DNA of 48,790 nucleotides from Perkinsus olseni (Eukaryota): NCBI GenBank assembly GCA_013115125.1, contig JABANN010000234.1, positions 1 to 48,790 of the forward strand, read 5' to 3'. Shown piece by piece: positions 41,882 to 48,790 of this stretch (position 1 is its first letter; each line of letters starts with the position of its first letter). The notes under the pieces were generated by a model. It saw only the letters and a program-made list of their open reading frames with translations, ran no database searches and was not told where the DNA came from. The position numbers and the translations under genes were made by a program.

Positions 41882-43435
41882 GAGGTTAGAAAACCGAGAG
41901 GGGATATCCTGCGCGGTAGTGAGCAGCGAGGTTCGGGTAGCGAAGAGGTATCGGGAGGCAAGACCAGGTGCCGTTGGCTTTGAAGCTACTCAATAGGTCC
42001 TACTGTTGAGCGCGCGCATACACTGCACAACAAATTCTTAGAAAGAGCACATTTTTTTGTTCTCTTCGGCACATGTTGAAGGGTGGAGCCAATCAGCTGT
42101 CTACACTGTAGAGTTGCCACTAACACGGATTACGATGATTGCCTGCGGTTGTGGACCAAGCCAATGCAGGCTGTTCCACATTGTAGAATTCACAACTGTA
42201 AAGCCCTTCAAGGGCTGCCTTTGAGCGACCGTGGAGAAGCGAAAGTCCTAGTCCAGAATCCCGCAATATATCGCTCTGCATCTCTCTTTCTATCGAGTAC
42301 TCATGGCTCCTATCGATGAGTATATGTCGCAAAGGATAATAAATCGCGCCGCGAAGGAGACGGGTGTCGTCTGTAGGCCATGTCTCGTCTCGCGGCCAGC
42401 GTGCGCGGTTGCCCTTGGCAAGGGCCCCTTGCCAGTGCATGCTTGTGAGAGGGACTCGGCCTCCCTTCCCTGAGGGGTACTTTGGATCACGCTTTGGACG
42501 TTCCAGCACCTTCTTACAGTTGGGCCCCACACGAGAGATCTGCGGAGGTTCTATCGTGCGGCGAGACCGGCGACGATGGATATTATCTGACGCCTTCTGT
42601 TCGCTCGGAATTCCAGTATTTCCAGTGACCCCCAGGACTACAGGGGACCCGTAACGGGGCCCATTATATGGATATTCAATACCATCTCCATGAAGTTTAT
42701 TTTCATGTACCATAGTAATCCCAGGAACGGGCATTGCCAACGGAAATACCCGGCTACGCTTGTTAACACTAGTAGTCCTAGTTGCACCAGCTTGAGGCGT
42801 GATGCAGTTTTACGTCATTCATGATCTGATGAATTTCATCAATGGTGTCGGCTAATCAGTGATTAGCACTGGTTTTTTTCGAATCGAATTTACTGATTGT
42901 CGATGTTCTTCGAATTTTGGCTCTTATTTGCCGTCTACGGAGGTTCGAATCAAGGGAGTGAAACAGTATCCCTTTCGGGGATTTACCGATTAAGTTAGTC
43001 TGACCTCGAAGAGAACAATGACTTGTAATGTGGATGATTGAATCATATTTTCACATTTAATCATCTGATCTCTGTGGTGAATGGAGGCGTATAGGGCTCT
43101 CTCTTCTCAATGGGTTCAAGCTGGCTCGCTTCAACTCGACGCGAGCACCTCTCATCGGCTGACCCTATTCGACGGAAGTTACTCGAACTCAAGATTTACG
43201 TCGAATAAACTTTGGTCAATGAAGAATGAGGCCGACCGTTACCGCGAGAGATGAGAGCGCCATGGCAAGAGAATGGGGTAGAACGACTGCATTATCCAAC
43301 CCTGTAGGAAGGGTTGTGCCACAACCGTTCTGGAAACGACTAAGCGATCCGTAGAAAAAGAGTAAACTAGTGGCCGTTGAGCCTTGAAGAAGCGTGCCAG
43401 GCTGCCACAGTGGCAGGGTCGTTGGCGGACCATCT

Positions 43436-43657
43436 CTATCGAGTTGTAGGGCGGGTAGTTGTCGGGGCTCTAGTAGTCGGAGCCCTAGTAGTCGGAGCCC
43501 TGGTCGTTGGTTTCCCGGTAGTAGTTTTCTTATCTGAACACAAGAGAGATCGGTTTACCAATTGATCTCGAGACTTCTCCCTGGAGCTGCCACATCCCGC
43601 AATGAAGAGTATCGCGACGAGGGCGGCTACGAAGGTGGAAATTGAAAGAACTCTCAT
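43436..43657 (-). CDS. Very small secreted Thr/Pro-rich (mucin-like) peptide
   Basis: MRVLSISTFVAALVAILFIAGC followed, possibly after a short intron ending ...gtgttcag, by DKKTTTGKPTTRAPTTRAPTTRAPTTTRPTTR*. A 15-nt tandem repeat with synonymous variation encodes PTTRA. Confidence 0.7.
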   Translation of the reverse strand: MRVLSISTFVAALVAILFIAGCGSSREKSRDQLVNRSLLCSDKKTTTGKPTTRAPTTRAPTTRAPTTTRPTTR

Positions 43658-46600
43658 TAGACGTAATGTGTGACACCGTGAGTGCTGAATCACGTGTACT
43701 CACAAGGTTAGAAAGGCTGTCCAACTTGGACAGTCCAAGTCCCCTTCGCAATGAGCCAAGATTGTCATTCACAAAGCAAATCGCGAGCTCCAATCCGACT
43801 TTCGCTCACGCTAAGATGCTGCAGGAATCCTAGTCGCTTGTGCTGCCGTAGTGTGCGGTCCTTTTGAAGAAGACCTCTAGGGAGAGTACTGAGGAACCCG
43901 AATTTCCAAGCGTGAGCGAGACAAACATTTTCCCCTCTACGGACGCGGAAGGAAGCACGGAGGACTGCACCATCGTTCCATTTATTTATGCACCACCAGC
44001 TCGGCCAGAGGATGCGGCTCTCCTCGGCCAGAACGCACACTTGTCTCCAGTCTCTGGCTGCCACTTGTACCGCACAACTTCTCAGTGCCCAGTTGCTCTC
44101 ACGATGGCATCGAATCCGTACACGCTGCTCACACCATGTTTACATATACACATTCACGTACATGTACTGCATTCACGATACACCCTGTATCATCCGGTCT
44201 TTCGGGCTGATTTCGATGAGGAGGTGCATACTCGACTGACTGTGCGATTGATTGTGCATATTCACCGTTGTGGGGCACGTCGCTAGATCAGCAGCGCACT
44301 CAGCGTCCGGCGCCGAGCTGAGGAGCCGAGCTTAGAGCGAGGCTTGCTAGCGAGCATAGTTAGAATCCGCGCGGAACTTCCTCACACTGTTGCATTGTGA
44401 CAGACATAGTGAAGGACAACGACTCGCGATGCAATCGGCGAGGTTGAGCGGGCGTGTCCAGCGAATCAACGGTGTATTAATCCGCTTAATGTCGCGTTTA
44501 TTCAGAACACAATTTCATGGCAATTATGCAGGTATCGCGACTCTACTCTTGGTCCGAGTTTGCCGGAGAAACTGCACCGGAGTTCTTCTGTATCATCGCT
44601 TACTGCCGGTAGTCACTACCGGCAGACCGGGTAGTGTGCGGAGCACACAAGGGCGCAGGCAACGAGGCGGATCCCTCATTCCGGGCATGCTTTTGATGCT
44701 TCGTACTTATTACCATCAATCGAAGTTTGATCACCAACCCGTATGATATGGTCCATATTGCTCTATCTGTATTGCCGTTATCTGGAATCCAGATAATCCA
44801 GATTCTGGATGCGTTGGCTTGTGCAAAGAGTAATCAGCACAGCCTTGAGCAGAGCGTTGCTACCGAGAGCCTATGGAAAATTCCTCTCCTTCCTCTACCA
44901 GAGGAAACGCTTCGCCAACGACGCGATTGAATGCCCCTACGACGTCAGATGTGAGTGTCTCTCACTGACTGAGAACACGATTACCCGGCTTGAAGAAGGG
45001 CATCAGTTTATTGGACTCCCTGGTTGCTTTAACACTTCACCGCCAATCTTCGTGGCCCCTCTTTCAGACCAAGCTAGCTCCTTCACCCGCCGATGCACCG
45101 GAATCGACTAACACTCGCTGGGCTCGACTGGTGAGCCCCAGCAAGAGGGATTTTCTTCCAGTGATGACGGCGGAGGAGATGGACTCCGGTCCGACTGACT
45201 TGGGCCTCCTGTGCAGCTCTGGCACTTTCGAAGGCAAATTCGTGTAAGCGAACGCGCTTCACCGTGAGAAGTGCGGAGCTCGCGAGAATGGAAATTTCAC
45301 GGCCAGTCTTAGATATGCTAATCGAGGCCCAGCCGGGGAGACCTTCGGAAGCGATGAATCTTCAAAAGACGTCACATTGTGAGGCCATAATTTCGAGGGT
45401 TGGAACATATCGATCGTTTCGTTGTGGAATGCGGAAAGTCTGGAAATTAACGCAGCAGACCAGACTATCAGGAGGACGACGTATTACATCAGTTTTGGCA
45501 GGGTTTGGAAGTGCGTTAAGTCCCTCGTTGAAAGAACCTCGTCTCGCGTCGTTCTCGGCATCGTGCCTGGAACTTTTGTCATCATACATACCTTTCAAAC
45601 AACGTCGAAACTTCGTAATTGGAGCCGATGACAGCTGATTATCAGGTACATAGAAGGAGTCGAGCTGACCCCGAAGCATGCCACTGTCAAATACCATCAC
45701 CAGACTTCTCAGTATGACTCATTTAACGTTGGTATGAGAGTGTGCTCTCGAGAAATGTCTTCACCGCAAAATTGTCTTAGTATTCCTCTCGGAAATTCTC
45801 TTCTGCGGAAGCTGCGAATTCCCACTCCGGAACCCCCGTTCGTTAGCCGAAACGGTGATGCATAAACTGCCACGATAGTTCGCTCCTCGATAGATACTTC
45901 CTTCAAGATGCGTCTTATCAGTACAACGGGAGTGGAACTTGGGTTAAACTCCGGTAGGCTCGGTTGAAGACCATTGATGCCTTGGGTACTGACTGTACCG
46001 TACAACCGAACAACCCTGCACTGTACCGTACAGTGCATCCCTCAAGCTCAGCTTGAACGAGCTGAGCAGCTGAGGTGACGCGCAATTCTCGCTTTCCAGC
46101 TCAGCGGAACAATGCGCAAGCGAACTGGTCGTAGATTAATGAGCGCCATCCACCAGAGTTGGTACTCACGCTTCACCGTGAAGCCTTCGCGAGATTGTGG
46201 TGGAATTTATCATCGTATGTCATACGACTGCGGTCATTGACCGTTTTCCAAACCCACACAAGTTGTGTGACTCAACGTACACTCGCTTCGCAACATAGCT
46301 GCTATGTAGTGGAGTCGGAATAGACCTTGCAGCTTTGTCAAAGATGCACGCAAAGTATCTCAGTGAAGTGTGTGCACACTGTGCACATTCATGCACACTG
46401 ACCCAATCCAATCAAGATACTGATGATTCAGAGCCTCATTCAGGTGGGATCGTTCGGTAGAGCTGATGGCTGGTCAAGAGATCTCAGTTGGCGGATCCAT
46501 CATCAGCGTGAGAACTCACCGAGTTCAACTCGGTGTCGAACTCCTGAAGCTTCGCCGAGGTTACCTCGGCCTGCTCGCCTAAACTGTGCTGGATAATAGA

Positions 46601-46810
46601 TTGTCGGCAGCTCCTGTTTCAGATCAGCCCTGGACCCAGCAAGGACCTGCTGACTGAGTGGCTTTCGATTTACGGCCTGAATCGTTCAGGAGCATCCATA
46701 TCCAATTTGCATCCAGTAAGCGTTGCGGGGGGGGTCTATGCTAGAGAATGAAACGGAAAACAGAGATCCAGTTCAATGCGACCAAGTTTCTACGCGGATT
46801 CACAGGCGCA

Positions 46811-46890
46811 AAGCTTGCCTCCAGACTCTGGAGGCACTGGACTCTGGAGGGCAGGTACTCTGGAGTCCAGAGTCTGGAGTCCAGACTCTC
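46811..46890. repeat. Array of ACTCTGGAG/CTCCAGAGT palindromic micro-repeats
   Basis: About seven TCTGGA/TCCAGA units in alternating orientation. A related inverted copy lies at ~48675-48734. Confidence 0.75.
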
Positions 46891-47049
46891 TAGAACTCTT
46901 GTCACTAATGCGAACTATCCGGAACAAGCGGTCTGACAGTTTCAAACGGGGTTTCTCCATGTAGCTGAATGAGCCGGAGATTTACTTTCGGATCAGGTAC
47001 TGAAAGAGTTGAGGAGTTGCCTTGACTTCAGTGCTGTCTACGAGTGTAG

Positions 47050-48527
47050 AACCGAACTTATGGAGCTACGTGAGTGCGAGCGACCGGCCACGTCGGGCGA
47101 AGTCCGTCCTGCCAGGACGGTCCTGGTCTGGACGAATACCGAAAACTTGGCTCGTTCAATAGATCGCACCTCACCATCATGAAAATCATGACGCACGGTT
47201 AGCCTATGCTCAGTTGCCGGTACCCTGCTGCCGGAAGAAGCGGAGAAGCTGAAAAACGCAATATCAGAAATACCCGCCATGTTCCCTCCGCAAAGGATGA
47301 AGAGCAGTTCTGTGTAAGATTCGATGAGCCTGATACTTTCGGTTCGCCCGAATTCGCCGGCAATATCCAGTTGATGTTGCAGCAGTGACCACCGCATTAT
47401 TATAATATCCACACACATCGAGATGTGATGTACATCGAACGCTTATCAGTGGTTGAAAACGACCGGTTGCCAGAGCTGGGACAGGCAGATCAAAGTGCCT
47501 TGCTTTCTCGAAGTGACCGAATAGGAGTGAGCGGTCTGCTTCGGGCCTTTTCCAGGAAAGGAAAGCATCGTTTTGCAAGTCTGCTCCTCACAAGGTTAGA
47601 CAGTGACTTAGCTCGCTGATGCTTCGGGGTTGCTTCTCGACGAACTTCCGACACTTGCATGCAAGGCTCGCATTGCGAGCTCCTCCAGTATTCCAGCCAG
47701 AAACCGCGCTACCAGGGGCATCAGGACATGAAGTTGACCAATCGTCTCGCTGAATTCACTCGGAACTGATTAGAGGGTGCAATCTCGGTGGAGCCTATCC
47801 GCTACAGTGTATTCAGTGAAGTTCTCATGTTCGTCCCAACCCAACTGGTGTCTTAGGCGATTCATGGAGTCAGTTCGATTCATGAACGGAGAAGAAGAGA
47901 TTGCATGTACTGATATTGGCTTTAGCGAGGAACTATGAGAGTGCTCAGGCATTAACCTGAGCGGCGGAACCATTGTACTGGAGCCGACGGATGCTGTCGA
48001 AGGGTGAGCGTGGCATTCTTGAAGACAGTAGAGTAGGCACGCGTGAAACCAAGGCACTGTGCTAACTGACCTCCGCTACGCGATTAAGGGAATTTGAAAT
48101 TATGGGAGTCTTTTAGGAGAACCGTATTAGTTGGTATATCCTTCCGTGATTTGGGAACTTTACCGAGAAAAATGAAACACAGCGAATTCGACCACGTGTA
48201 TCAAGCATGAGCTTCGTCACGGTGGCGACCACCACAGACCGAAGTCTTTGGTCTGTCAGAATGTCATCGACCAAGAGGAAGAGTATTATTGAAGAGATAC
48301 TCAATCCCCAGGAGCCACCCTATAAGACCAGTAACAGACATCTCCTCAGCGCTCCGCGACGGTCACTACGTGTCCGCGACTTTGACGAGTTCCTCTAATG
48401 TCAACGATGACCTTTCCGCAGGCGGCTACGGAAAGTTCGTTCGTAGAGGATCCCTGAGAGTCGTGAGTCATCCGGGCACCCGTCAAGGAGGCGATTCCAC
48501 AGGGGAAGAGCCTCCGTCGGAGGAGAA
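47050..48527 (+). CDS. Possible multi-exon hypothetical protein (unresolved)
   Basis: Several + strand segments bounded by gtgagt/gtaag donors and cag acceptors read as plausible protein. No recognisable domain. Confidence 0.2.
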
Positions 48528-48790
48528 AGTAAGGGTCATCCAAAAGACTCGAAACGCTGAGTACGGTATTTGATGCGCTCCCCAGCGATTTTCCTACAAA
48601 ATGGGGCTCCCGTTTGTACGATCCACAGCTTGCTAGAAAACCATACTCCCGGAGCGTTACAACAGCTGTTCATTGTCTGGACTCTAGACACTAGAGCTCG
48701 ATATTTTTGGACTCCAGAGTTTGGAGTGGAGCTTGATGATCCTTGTTGAGTCAGGCAATTCGCTGGACCAAGCGCGAGTGTTTGCACGTG

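Noticed and set aside
42120-42740. 206-aa minus-strand ORF
   Set aside because: Non-ATG start, no recognisable motif, atypical composition and overlapping ORFs on both strands; cannot be supported as a gene.
44390-45700. Overlapping short ORFs as a gene or transposase remnant
   Set aside because: Could not build a consistent spliced frame or find DDE, RT or other motifs.

Overview
Eukaryotic, gene-dense, intron-rich genomic DNA with many ~45-100 nt GT-AG introns. The overall style is most like a Perkinsus-type alveolate; this is inference, not proven. Most ORF-track entries are exon fragments or antisense shadows. Manual splicing recovers these genes: a partial BTB/BACK protein (-); two tandem paralogous secreted Cys/Trp-rich proteins (-); an intronless Ser/Thr kinase with a degenerate C-lobe; an intronless Ulp1/SENP (C48) protease; a Trf4/PAPD5-like protein lacking its catalytic aspartates; PIG-L; an intact Cid1/GLD-2/TUTase-type nucleotidyltransferase; organellar ribosomal protein L7/L12; two tandem intronless secreted ~550-aa proteins with conserved RxLxE/RRL motifs; and two small secreted proteins. 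The most unusual signals are non-coding. (1) About nine decayed tRNA-like pieces resembling different isotypes lie between 20.3 and 30.3 kb, several making up most of a short intron. (2) Many sequence-unrelated perfect odd palindromes occur, several with the X(1-7)+rc(X)+X(2-8) form of hAT hairpin excision footprints, plus a hAT-like MITE. (3) A recurrent 17-20 nt intronic motif (GTCAC[T]GCGCCACGAAATT) is present. (4) GTATCTT/AAGATAC is strongly and regionally enriched. Exon boundaries and counts were made by eye and need computational confirmation.
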